Assembly (NCBI RefSeq): GCF_963921235.1
Contig: NC_086097.1
Coordinates: forward strand, 211,050,001 to 211,114,000
Source of the DNA: Mobula hypostoma
Taxonomy: Eukaryota
Direction: 5' to 3'
DNA length: 64,000 nucleotides
The position numbers and the translations under genes are program-made. The notes below the pieces were generated by a model. That model was not told the origin of the DNA. It saw only the letters and a list, made by a program, of their open reading frames with translations, and did no database searches. Of this stretch, positions 54,155 to 64,000 are shown one piece after another; the stretch's first letter is position 1; the number at the start of each line of letters is the position of its first letter.

Positions 54155-54860
54155 CGTGCTCAACATCTGTAAGACGAAGGTATTGATTGTACACTTAAGT
54201 AAGGGAAAGTCGGGAGAACACACACCAATCCTTACCGAGCTGTCAGCAGTGGAAAGGGTGGCCAGCTTCAAGTTCCTGGTTGCCAACTTCACTAAAGATC
54301 TGTCCTAGGCACAACATATTGATCGGGCATGCCAACAGCTACATTTCATTAGGAGTTTGCAGAGCTTTGTATATTACCAAAGACTCTAGCAAATTTCTAA
54401 AGATGCACCAAGGGGAGCATTCCGATTGGTTTCATCTCCTTCTGGTATAGAGGCGCCAATGCACAAGATCTGAGAAAGCTGCTAAGGGTTGTAAACTCAG
54501 CCAGCCACATCATGGACCAGAGCCTCCCCACCGAGGGCATCTTCAAAAGGCGATGCCTCAAGGTGTCAATCATCATTAAACACCTTCACCATTTAGAAGG
54601 TGCCTCTTCCCATTACAACCATTAGAGAGGAGGGCACAGTAGTCTGAAGACACACACTCCATATATTAAGGAACAGCTTCTACCCCTCTGTCATCGGATT
54701 TCTTAATGGTTTATGAACACTTTCTTACTATTTTCTCTTTCAGAACTACAGTACGTCTTAACAAATATACATTACTATAACTTATATAATTTTATGTATT
54801 GCTGTCACAAAACAAAAAATTTATGACATATGCAAGTGATAATTTAACTTGACTCTGAGC
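54155..54860 (+). mobile_element. Rex1/Babar 3' fragment
   Basis: VLNICKTKVLIV...VERVASFKFL-like coding remnant with the same 3' UTR type as the other Rex1 copies. Confidence 0.7.
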
Positions 54861-55191
54861 TGCGAGGAATAGGAAGCCAGTGGGTGCATTATCCTTAGAC
54901 TTTCAGAAGGCACTTAATAAGGTGCTGCATCAGAATCAGGTTTATTATCACCGGCATGTGACGTGAAATTTGTCAGAAGTTATTGCGGAAAATAAATGCT
55001 TGTAGTTAAAGCAATAACCTATTAGTGTTGGTAGAAACAGGCAAGAGTTCAGGAGTGCAATGATCTTTTGCTCAGTGGTAAATGTTACAAATGGGATGCC
55101 AGAGTCCTAATTGCCAGAGTTTAGAAGTATATTGGAAGATTTTAAAGAAAAAAAACAAGATCCTGAGGAGTCTTAACAGGGTATCTGTGTA

Positions 55192-55425
55192 GAAGAATAC
55201 ACAAAATGCTGGAGGAAATCAGCACGTCAGGCAGCATCTATGGAGAGGAATAAACAATCTACATTACAGGTCAAGACCTTTCATCAGGACTGGAAAGGTG
55301 AAGGGTCTTAGCCCAAAATGTCGACCGTTTATTCTTCCCCATAGATGCTGCCTAACCTGCAGAGTTCCTCCAGCATTTTGTGGTATGTTACTCTGGATTT
55401 CCAGCATCTGCAGAATCTCTTGTGA
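55192..55425. mobile_element. Penelope-derived inverted-repeat element with 11-bp TSD
   Basis: Inverted arms ACAAAATGCTGGAGGAA...GGCAGCATCTATGG and CCATAGATGCTGCC...TTCCTCCAGCATTTTGT. TSD GTATCTGTGTA at 55181-55191 and 55426-55436. Confidence 0.85.
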
Positions 55426-55629
55426 GTATCTGTGTAAAGGATGCACGGGCATAAATCTAGAACTCAGTGCCATCGATTAAAAATAAGGCACTTCATTCAG
55501 CACCCCCCCCAACCTTAAGGTAGAGATAAGCTTTATTTATGACTTTCTCTCTTCTTCAAATGTCTATGTACGGTCTTTGAACTTTTAAGGAGACAGAGAG
55601 TTAGACAGATATGATAATAAGATGGCAAC

Positions 55630-56108
55630 TACCTTAATTCATATCCCCATTCCAACATGTCGAGCCATGGCTTCCACTTCTGCCACGATAAGGCCACCCT
55701 CAGGGTAGAGGAGCAACACCTCATATTCTGCCTAGGTAGCCTCCAAACTGATGGTGCCTTCCAGTAACCTTTTTGTTTTCTCCTTCCCTCTTCTTCTATT
55801 CCCTACTCTGGCCTCTTACCTCTTCTCGGCACCTGCCTATCACCTCCCCCCGATGTACCTCCTCCTTCCCCTTCTCCCACGTTTCACTCTCTTGTCCGAT
55901 CAGGTTGTTGCTTCTCCAACCCTTTACCTTTCCTACCCACCTGGCTTCACCCATCACATTCTAACTTGTCCTCCTTTCCCTCCCCAATCTTTTTTTTTAT
56001 TCTGGCGTCTTCCCCCTTCATTTCCAGCCCTGATAAAAGGGCTAAGGCCGGAACGTCATAGACGTTGCATTTTGCTCTGTGTTCCTCGGGATTTCCAGCA
56101 TCTGCAGA
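55630..56108 (+). mobile_element. Penelope-like element 3' end (GIY-YIG C-terminus, pyrimidine-rich UTR, pLTR)
   Basis: Manual translation HGFHFCHDKATLRVEEQHLIFCLGSLQTDG resembles the PLE endonuclease C-terminus. It ends in GATTTCCAGCATCTGCAGAAT, shared with the short family. Confidence 0.8.
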
Positions 56109-56690
56109 ATACGATAATGAGGGTGGAGGTGGTAGTGAAAGGTTATCACCAGGATATGAAAATGTTCAATTTACAACAGATCAGCCATAAATTTGTTAAA
56201 TAGCAGAACAGCTTTGAGGTTCTGAGTGGGCAAGTCCTGATCCCAATTAGTATGCAAGACCAGTGGCGCACAAACTCTGGGATGTACTGTATAAATCAAA
56301 AATTAAAACTGTGGAGCACCAAGTAACATTTTGCACAATAACCGTGTAATTTTTCGGCAGTCCTGAAAACAAACCACCTTCTTCATAACTATCCAACTTC
56401 TTGAGGGCGACGGTAGTTTAAAATCGGGAAATGTTTGAAATTCTAAGGTTACGAATTCTATTCGTGACCGGCATTACTTACCACTGGAAACAGTTTACGA
56501 TCATACTTACACATCTCCTCCAGGAATGAAAATATATTTACATCTTAATAAAAAAAAACACTCTATCACTCAACATATCAAGATTTCAACATAAAATCCA
56601 GACGGAGCATTCACTGTACACACCCCAAAAAAAAATATCCCCGCATTTCATTGCTCCAGCCACACCGCCTTGTTGCACCCCAAAACTCAC

Positions 56691-57038
56691 CTGTATGGAT
56701 GGAAATGTATTTTTAATTAAGTGATACATCTTTTGATGTGATAACAGATCTCCATTGGTGAGCATCTCATTTGCCCCTTCTTTAGTTTTCCCTTTGCTTT
56801 TCCCGTGGAGCTCGCCCTCTTCCATCACTCGCTTCACCTCTTTCCCTCCCCGGACGGTAGCTTCTACCGACAATGCCAGCAGCTCTCTCAGATCGATCCT
56901 GTCCGTCCCGGGCAGTTTTCTGAAGATGGCGATCCTGCCAGCCAGAAACCCCGAATAGAAATGATAGAGCACTCCGACAGCAAGCAATGCGAACACGGCT
57001 ACGCCGAGCGGAGACAGCCGTATGCCCATAGGAGCCAT
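56691..57038 (-). CDS. BPNT2: IMPAD1/BPNT2 coding exon 1 (N-terminal signal anchor of Golgi PAP phosphatase)
   Basis: ATG at 57038 in strong Kozak context GCCATGG. Translates [35 protein letters not shown]...[17 protein letters not shown]...[10 protein letters not shown]...FPSIQ, matching the vertebrate IMPAD1 N-terminus. Donor CAG|GTGAGT; 348 nt, phase 0. Confidence 0.97.
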
Positions 57039-57290
57039 GGCCGTCAACAAGCCGCTGCCGTGCAGACAGAACACCCCGGGAGCTGACGGCGGCTGCTGGC
57101 GAACGTGGCTCGCCGCAGGGATTCTGTCGTCCTGGAGCCGGATTCTGGTACGCGAGCCCCAGGCTCCACGGACCGAAGCGCCGATGGTTCGCAGCCCTCG
57201 CCGCTGCCACCGTCAATCAGCCGTTACACTCGCTCTTGCACCTTGCAGCTGCCGTTCCTGGCCACGTCCTCTATCGGTCATAGGGTAAAG
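56780..57290 (-). promoter_or_regulatory. CpG island, 5'UTR and proximal promoter of IMPAD1/BPNT2
   Basis: The only strongly GC- and CpG-rich unique stretch in an otherwise CpG-depleted window; it covers exon 1 and about 250 nt upstream. The TSS cannot be determined from sequence. Confidence 0.8.
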
Positions 57291-57688
57291 GTGATACAAC
57301 TACTTCTGGGTCATCAAAGTCACTTTACTTCGGTGCCAGGGGCTGCAGGTTAATGGTCCTGAATAAGAATTATCCCTGCACGGGCTTAATTGGTGCTTAT
57401 ATATTATTTAGGGAGGGGGTGCAAAGGGAAGGTTTGGAGTAAGGCCTATCTTTTTGTGGTTTGTGGACTGCACATTAGAGCTCGTTCCGAAAGTTTTTTG
57501 TTGGGCGTGATATTCTTTATACAAATTGAATAGAGCGTGCCTTTAATTAAGATAATGCCCAAATTTGAGGTAAAGATTTTTAATGGGTGATTTTAGGCGT
57601 ACCTACATACATTTGCCTGCATAAATCAAAAACGAGCAGGAACATATTTTAAAACAACAGGAATTCTGCAGATGCTGGAAATTCAAGC

Positions 57689-57918
57689 TGAAGCACCTTC
57701 AATTACTCCAAAAGACAGAGGTTTGGTAAAAATACTGAAAGGCTTTTATTCGCTGTACAATACAACGTCCACAATGAGTGTCTGCCCCTGGACTGAGGGA
57801 GAGGGGCAAGACAAACACCTTTATCCAGGACTCTGTGGGAGGAGCCACAGGGGCAGTCAGCAGAGGGGTGTGTCCAGACAGGTAACTGAGTTACAACATA
57901 TATACATGGTTTACCACA
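57689..57918 (-). mobile_element. Solo LTR, 230 bp
   Basis: Minus strand reads TGTGGTAAACC...GGTGCTTCA (TG...CA), with internal AATAAA at 57745-57750. Perfect 5-bp TSD CAAGC at 57684-57688 and 57919-57923. Confidence 0.9.
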
Positions 57919-57983
57919 CAAGCAACACACATCAAAGTTGCTGGTATACGCAGCAGGCCAGGCAGCATCTCTAGGAAGAGGTA

Positions 57984-58018
57984 CAGTCGACGTTTCAGGC
58001 CACCCTTCCTCAGGACAG
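57984..58018 (-). ncRNA. Candidate minimal hammerhead ribozyme (type I, Penelope-associated)
   Basis: Minus strand reads CUGUC-CUGAGGA-AGG GUGG CCU-GAAA-CGUC-GACUG: intact core, stem II AGG/CCU, palindromic ACGU helix III, GUC cleavage triplet and stem I GUC/GAC. Confidence 0.6.
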
Positions 58019-59346
58019 GAAAATGTTTACCAAAAGCGGGGGCGGGGAAGGGAAACAATACTGTAAATCTGTAATAAGGGAAAATGCTCTAAACGCAGCA
58101 TATCAGACAGCGTCTGTTGAGAGAGAAACAAAACTAAAGTTTCAGGCCAATGGACTATTCCTTGATGAGAAAAGTTATAGAGAAAGTGAAGAGAGACTGA
58201 GAGAATAAACACAGAAGTCTCTAATAGATGGTGATCAGATGAGATTAAGTACTCTAAATAGGAGATGAAGGTCGTGATTCCAATGGTAATCCTGGAGGAG
58301 ATAGAAATGAGCACCATCTTGAGGAGCACCTCATCTTCAAATATGGCACCAACAGATTTCCTGATACAAAGCTAAATTGCCAATGTCACGTAATTAGTCT
58401 TTTCAGCCATGCAGGCCACATTTAAAATATTTACTTTGTTTTCTTTACAAGGATAGAGTCATCTAACACATCCACACTGAATGTGGGCATCCATCCGTAC
58501 TAATTCCTTAATCTGACTTTTGGCTCATAGCACTATTCATGCTCATCCACACTTAAAAAATGCCGTCAGCTATTCTGCTTCCACCACTCTCCAACTGTTA
58601 ACAACTATGGGTCAAGGGTGAAAGGTTGAAAAATTAAGAGGAGCCTAAGAGGAATTTTTTTCACTCAGAGTGATGCGAGTGTGGAACGAGCTGCCAACAT
58701 TTAAGAGAAGTTTGGATAAGTGCATAGGGAGAGTGATGGATGCCTATGGTCCAAGTGTGGATTGATGTGAGAAAACAGAATAACAGTTTTGTATGGACTA
58801 GATGGCAGAAGGGCCTGTGTCTGTGCTGTAATGCTCTATGACACTCTTAGGGTGAAAAAGGCCTCTCTCAGATCTCCTCTAAGTCTCTTAAACCTTAGTC
58901 TAAATTGATATTGTCAAGTTTTATTCAGAGAGTCATAAAAAAATCAAGCACAGAAACAGGCCCTTCAGCCCATCTAGTCCATGCCAAACCATTTTAGCTG
59001 CCTATGCCCATCGAACTGCGCTGGGACCATAGCCCTCCATACCCCTACCATCCACGTACTTATCCAAACTTCTCTTAAGCATTGAAATCAAGATCTCGTG
59101 CACCACTTGTGCTGCAACTTGTTCCACACTCTCACAAACCTCTGAATGAAGAAGTTCAGAATCTAATATCACTGGCACATGTCGTGAAATTTGTTGACTT
59201 TGCAGCAGCAGTACTATGCAATACATAATACTGGAGGCAAAAAGTCTGTGAATTGCATAGAAACATAGAAAACTTACAGCACAATACAGGCCCTTTGGCC
59301 CACAAAGCTGTGCCAAACATGTCCCTACCTTAGAACTACGTAGGTG

Positions 59347-59999
59347 GCAGACATCCCACCTCTCCCAGAAGTTCCAGGAGTCTCCTACATATTGATAGTG
59401 GCTCCCTGACGCCCGCAAATTATATACAATATCCCGGAAATCAATTTTTTGAGAGGGAGAGAAAGAGGATGAGGAAGAGCAAGAGCATCCTGAATGGTCT
59501 CTCTTCATGCTAAGCAGACCTATCAATTTTCTTTGTGGGCGGGCTTTACAGTCGACCTCAAAAATAATGACAGTGTTGCTCGCTGCACTGTTTGCAACAG
59601 TGACTTTCCTATTGCTCATGGTGGGTTAAAATGTAAAACACAAGTTGAGGTGAGTTTAACAGGTGTCATTCATTCATTAGCATAGCTAACGTTATTTGAA
59701 CTAGCTAGCTAGCTGCTAAGGAGCTACACTATTGATGTCCTACGTGACAAGGCCAAACACCCTGCAGACTTGGTTAAAATTGTAATAGAATAGAAAAACA
59801 ACTCCATGATAATATAATATAAGTACATCTTTTAATGTCACATTTTCTTCGTATACCCAACTTGGTTTACAGATTAGACAAAATCACTAAATAAAGTATT
59901 ACATACACCCTTGGAGGCCGACCGGGGGTGGGGGGTGGGGAATGGGGAGGCAGGGGTGCTACCTTCCTGAAATGAGTTTTTGCAGGGTGGGATGTCTGC
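59347..59999 (+). mobile_element. Non-autonomous hAT-like DNA transposon with BED-finger remnant, inside a young CR1 tail
   Basis: Perfect 14-bp TIR GCAGACATCCCACC/GGTGGGATGTCTGC; internal VARCTVCNSDFPIAHGGLKC. Confidence 0.8.
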
Positions 60000-61970
60000 T
60001 ATAGCCCTCTATTTTTCTAAGCGCCATGTAGCCATCCAGGAGTCTCTTAAAAGACCCTATCGTTTCCGCCTCCACCACTACCGCCGGTAGCCCATTCCAT
60101 GCACTCACCACTCTCTGCGTAAAAAACTTACTCCTGACATCTCCTCTGTACCCACTATGGTAATACAGTAATAGTAATCTGGTTATAGTCCCAACCAACC
60201 TCATTGGAAAAAACCTGCATGCATTTACCCTATCAATACTCTTCATAATTGTATAGACCTCTATCAAATGTCCTCTCAATCTTCTAGATCCCAAGGAATA
60301 AAATCCAAACCTATTCAATGTTTCCTTGTAACTCACGTCCTCCAGTCACAGCAACATACTTGTAAATTTTCTCTGTACTCTCCCAACCTTATTTACATCT
60401 TTCCTGTAGGTAGGTGATCAAAACTGCACACAATACTCCAAATTAGGTCTCACCAATGTCTCATACAACTTTAACATAACCATAAGACCATAAGATATAG
60501 GAGCAGAATTAGGCCATTTGGCCCATTGAGACTGCTCCACAATGTCATTATGGCTGATCCAATTTTAATCTCAGCCTCAATATCCTGCCTTCTCCCCGTA
60601 TCCCATCATGTCCTGTCTAATCAAAAATCTATCAACCTCTGCCTTAAATATATATAAAGACTTGGGCTCTACAAATACCTGTGGCAAAGAATTCCATAGA
60701 TTAACCACTCTCTGGCTAAAACAAAAATCTTCCTCATCTTAGTTCTAAAAGGATGCCCCTCTATTCTGAGGATGTGTCCTCTGGTCTGAGACACTTCCAC
60801 CACAGGAAACATCCTCTCCACATCCATTCTATTCACAATTCTTTTTTCACAATTCAATAGGTTTCAATGAGGTCACCCCTAATTCTTCAGAATTCTAGTG
60901 AATACGGTCAGAGAGCCATCAAATGCTCTTCATATGACAAGCCTTTCAATCCCAGAATCATTTTCATGAACCTGCTTTGAACCCTCTCCAGTTTCAGTAT
61001 ATTCTTTCTAAGATAAGGGGCCAAAACTGCTCATAATACTCAAAGTGAGGACTCACCAGTGCTTTATAAAGTTTCAACATTACTTCCTTACTTTTATATG
61101 CTAGTCCTCTTGAAATGAATGCTAACATTGCATTTGCCTTCCTCACCACAGACTCAACATGCAAATTAACCTTTAGGGAATTCTGCACAACTCCCAAATC
61201 CCTTTGTGCCTCAATTTATTGTATTTTCTCTCCATTTAGAAAATAGTCAACCCTTTCATTTCTTCTACCAAAGTGCATGACCATACACACCAGACACTGT
61301 ATTCCATCTGGCATTTCTTTGCCCATTCTCCTAATCTACCCAAGTCCTTCTGTAGCTTCTTTACTTCCTCAAACCACCTGCCCTTCCACCCATCTTCATA
61401 TTGTCTGCAAACTTTGCAACAAAGCCATCAATTCCATTTTCCAAATCATTGACATATAAAGTAGGAAGAATTAGTCCTAACACAGACCCCTGTGGAACAT
61501 TACTAGTCACCAGAAGCCATCAGAAAAGGCTCCCTTTATTCCCACTCTTTGCCTCCTGCCAATCAGGCACTGCTTTATGCATGTTAGAATCTTTCCTGCA
61601 ATACCATGGGCTTATGTGTGGCACCTGTCAAAGGCCTTCTGAAAATCCAAGTACGCAACATCAACTGATTTTCCTTGTCTATCCTGCTTGTTATTTCTTC
61701 AAAGAAGTCCAACAGATTTGTCAAGCAGATCTTCACCTGAGGAAACCATACAGACTACGGCCTATTTTATCATGTGCCTCCAAGTACCCTGAGACCTCAT
61801 CCTTAATAATCGACTGCAACATCTTCCCAACCACTAAGGCCAGACTATCCTGCCTATAGTTTCCTTTCTTTTGCCTCTCAGCCTTCATGAAGAGTGGAGT
61901 GACATTTGCAATTTTCTAGTCTTTGGGAGACATTCCAAAACCTAGTGATTCTTGAAAGATCATTACTAAT
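60000..61970 (-). mobile_element. Stacked CR1 fragments
   Basis: RRLRGHLIEVY, LYKALVSPHFEYYEQFW and several CR1 3' tails (59256, 60485). Confidence 0.88.
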
Positions 61971-62030
61971 GTCTTCCCACCTCCAGTACTCAATAGTTTG
62001 ATTTATGAAAGCCAACATGCCAAAAGCTTT

Positions 62031-62065
62031 TCCTGACGAAGGGTCTCGGCCTGAAACGTCGACTG
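62031..62065 (+). ncRNA. Candidate minimal hammerhead ribozyme, stem I truncated
   Basis: UC-CUGACGA-AGG GUCUCGG CCU-GAAA-CGUC-GACUG. The core is intact but only UC/GA of stem I remains. Confidence 0.5.
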
Positions 62066-62160
62066 CACCTCTTCCTAGAGATGCTACCTGGCCTGCTGCG
62101 TTCACCAGCAACTTTTATGTGTGTTGCTTGAATTTCCAGCATCTGCAGAATTCCTGTTGT
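62031..62160 (+). mobile_element. Short Penelope-derived element with 14-bp TSD
   Basis: TSD ATGCCAAAAGCTTT at 62017-62030 and 62161-62174, inside a CR1. Confidence 0.9.
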
Positions 62161-62226
62161 ATGCCAAAAGCTTTCTTTACAACCCCATCTACCTGTGACA
62201 CCACTTTCACTGAATTATAGACCTAG

Positions 62227-62672
62227 AAACATAGAAAACCTATAGCATAATACAGGCCCTTCAGCCCACAAAGCTGTGCCAAACATGTCCTTACCTTAGA
62301 ACTACCTAGGCTTACCCATAGCCCTCTATTTTTCTAAGCTCCATGTACCCATCCAGGAGTTTCTTAAAAGACCCTATCGTTTCCGCCTCCACCACCATTG
62401 CCGGCAGCCCATTCCACACACTCACCATTCTCTGCGTAAAAAACTTACCCCTGATATCTCCTCTGTACCTACTTCCAAGCACCTTAAAACTATGCCCTCT
62501 CGCACTTGCCATTTCAGCCCTAGGAAAAAGCCTCTGACTATCCACACGAACAATGCCTCTCATTATCTTGTACACCTCTATCAGGTCACCCCTTATCCTC
62601 CGTCGCTCCAAGGAGAAAAGGCCGAGTTCACTCAACCTATTCTCTTAAGGCATGCTCCTGAATCCAGGCAAC
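62227..62672 (-). mobile_element. Young CR1 3' end
   Basis: 107-aa ORF LGLFSLERRRIRGDLIEVYK; very similar to 19175-19620. Confidence 0.92.
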
Positions 62673-63424
62673 ATTCCCAGATCCCTTTGTTCTACCACAC
62701 TCCTCAGTACTCTACCATTCAGTCTCTGATAAAAGAATAGATTTCTTGCAGTATGTCTTAACGCCACCCCAAGTAATTTCTTTTTTTGTCATCTGACAAG
62801 AACCTAACACATACTGTCTGGTTTTATCTCTCTTTGGACTGATAAATAGGCTCTACTTGTCACATTTCCTCAAAACCTTTGACTCTCAATCGGTGTAGGT
62901 TAGAATAACTAATTGATTTGTTTGACTGGGTGCTTGAAAGATAAATTTAAGTATGGACTTACTGCACTTGGATTCTAATCCATTACAACAGTGAAAAGCA
63001 ATTACTCCAAGAGTGCCCAGCGATTGTTGTTTTGGGACATTGGAGGCCTTCCCTAACTTATAAATGCCTAACGTTTGTACAGCTGTTACATACAAACAAA
63101 CATTTGGAAGACTAGCACGATGAATTTGCCAGCAGCTCTGGGGCAGCCAGGTGGGTACTCGATTTGCACTGCATTTCTGGCTTGCAAACTGGTTGGGTTA
63201 TGAACATTTCACATGAACAGAACCCTGAGCAGGACCTGTGTCGCACTTTACATGAATATGTTATGCAAAGCAGTGACACAAGCTGTATTCTAATCCGAAC
63301 CAGAATAGGTGGACCTGGTTTACATTCATGCTAAACTTTTAAAAATCCTAAAACTGAATGTAGTCTGACTTGGTTTCTGATGAAGTGTCTCGGTCCAAAT
63401 CATCGACCATTTATTCCCCTCCAT

Positions 63425-63931
63425 CATCATCATCATGGCTTGGCTTCGCAAACAAAGATTTAGGAAGGAGGCTGCCCACGTCTGCTGCAAGCTCGAGGCC
63501 AATACACGACAGGCAGATCTGGTCACAGCGGCTGCAAGGGAAATTCTGTTCTGGGTTTGGTGCTGCTGTGTCACGGTTCTTCCTCCTTCTCCTTTTGTCC
63601 TCAGTGCCAGCCCTGCATGTGTTCTCGAAGGAGGAGACAGACTGGTGAATGGTGTGTTGCCAGGCCTCGCGATCAGAGGCTAGATTAGACCGCTGGCAAT
63701 GATCAATGTGACAGGCACCAAGGGATTTCTTCAGAGAGTCCTTGTACCTCTTCTTCGGTGCCCCTCTGTCATGGTGGCCAGTGGAGAGGTCGCCATACAG
63801 CACAATCTTGGGCAGGCGATGATCCTCCATCCTGGAGACGTGCCCCGCCCAGAGCAGCTGCATCTTCAACAGCATGGCCTCGATGCTGGTGAGCTCCGCC
63901 TGTTCAAGGACTTCGATGTTGGTGATGAAAT
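63425..63931 (-). mobile_element. RTE-clade LINE 3' end, well preserved, inserted in a Penelope-derived element
   Basis: QLLWAGHVSRMEDHRLPKIVLYGDL...GAPKKRYKDSLK...CSRCDQIC, with an (ATG)n tail. CCTCCAT is repeated at 63418-63424 and 63932-63938. Confidence 0.9.
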
Positions 63932-64000
63932 CCTCCATAGATGCTGCCTAACTTGCTGTGCTCCTCCAGTATTTTCTGTGTGTTTATCAAGATTTCCAGC

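Larger units (their letters stand above)
57654..58018 (-). mobile_element. Penelope-derived short element hosting the solo LTR
   Basis: Removing the LTR and one TSD gives ACAACAGGAATTCTGCAGATGCTGGAAATTCAAGCAACACAC..., the close reverse complement of 62031-62160. Confidence 0.88.

Noticed and set aside
56586..57074. 162-aa ORF as a single-exon gene with GTG start
   Set aside because: The true start is the Kozak ATG at 57038, and homology ends at the donor at 56691.
56755..57353. Several antisense and alternative-frame ORFs over exon 1
   Set aside because: Expected by-product of the GC-rich CpG island; no recognisable protein.
59002..59619. 205-aa ORF
   Set aside because: A chance read-through across four adjacent repeat fragments.
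1..64000. CRISPR array, prokaryotic defence system, or a second host gene nested in the introns
   Set aside because: There is no regularly spaced repeat-spacer array or operon-like ORFs. All long ORFs are IMPAD1 exons, TE remnants or unsupported chance ORFs.

Overview
Vertebrate genomic DNA, most likely a cartilaginous fish (a ray or shark, inferred from the repeat families and not checked by search). The only host gene I can support is a complete five-exon IMPAD1/BPNT2 (Golgi PAP 3'-phosphatase, gPAPP) on the minus strand. Its CDS is 57038-56691, 22608-22446, 15705-15610, 12762-12601 and 10567-10293 (1044 nt, 347 aa, all GT-AG), with a CpG-rich first exon and a 34 kb first intron. The rest is dominated by nested, decayed transposons: CR1 (most abundant), Rex1/Babar, RTE and L1/Tx1 LINEs, Penelope pieces, tRNA/V- and Deu-type SINEs, hAT and Tc1 DNA transposons, and solo LTRs. 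The most notable hidden signal is a dispersed family of short Penelope-derived elements carrying a minimal hammerhead-ribozyme motif (CUGANGA-stem II-GAAA-CGUC with a CAGUC/GACUG stem I). Two copies keep an intact catalytic core, one about 0.95 kb upstream of the IMPAD1 start codon in the sense orientation. Ribozyme-bearing Penelope elements are a known class, and I see no evidence for a wholly new multi-gene system. Repeat boundaries are approximate unless a TSD or TIR is quoted.
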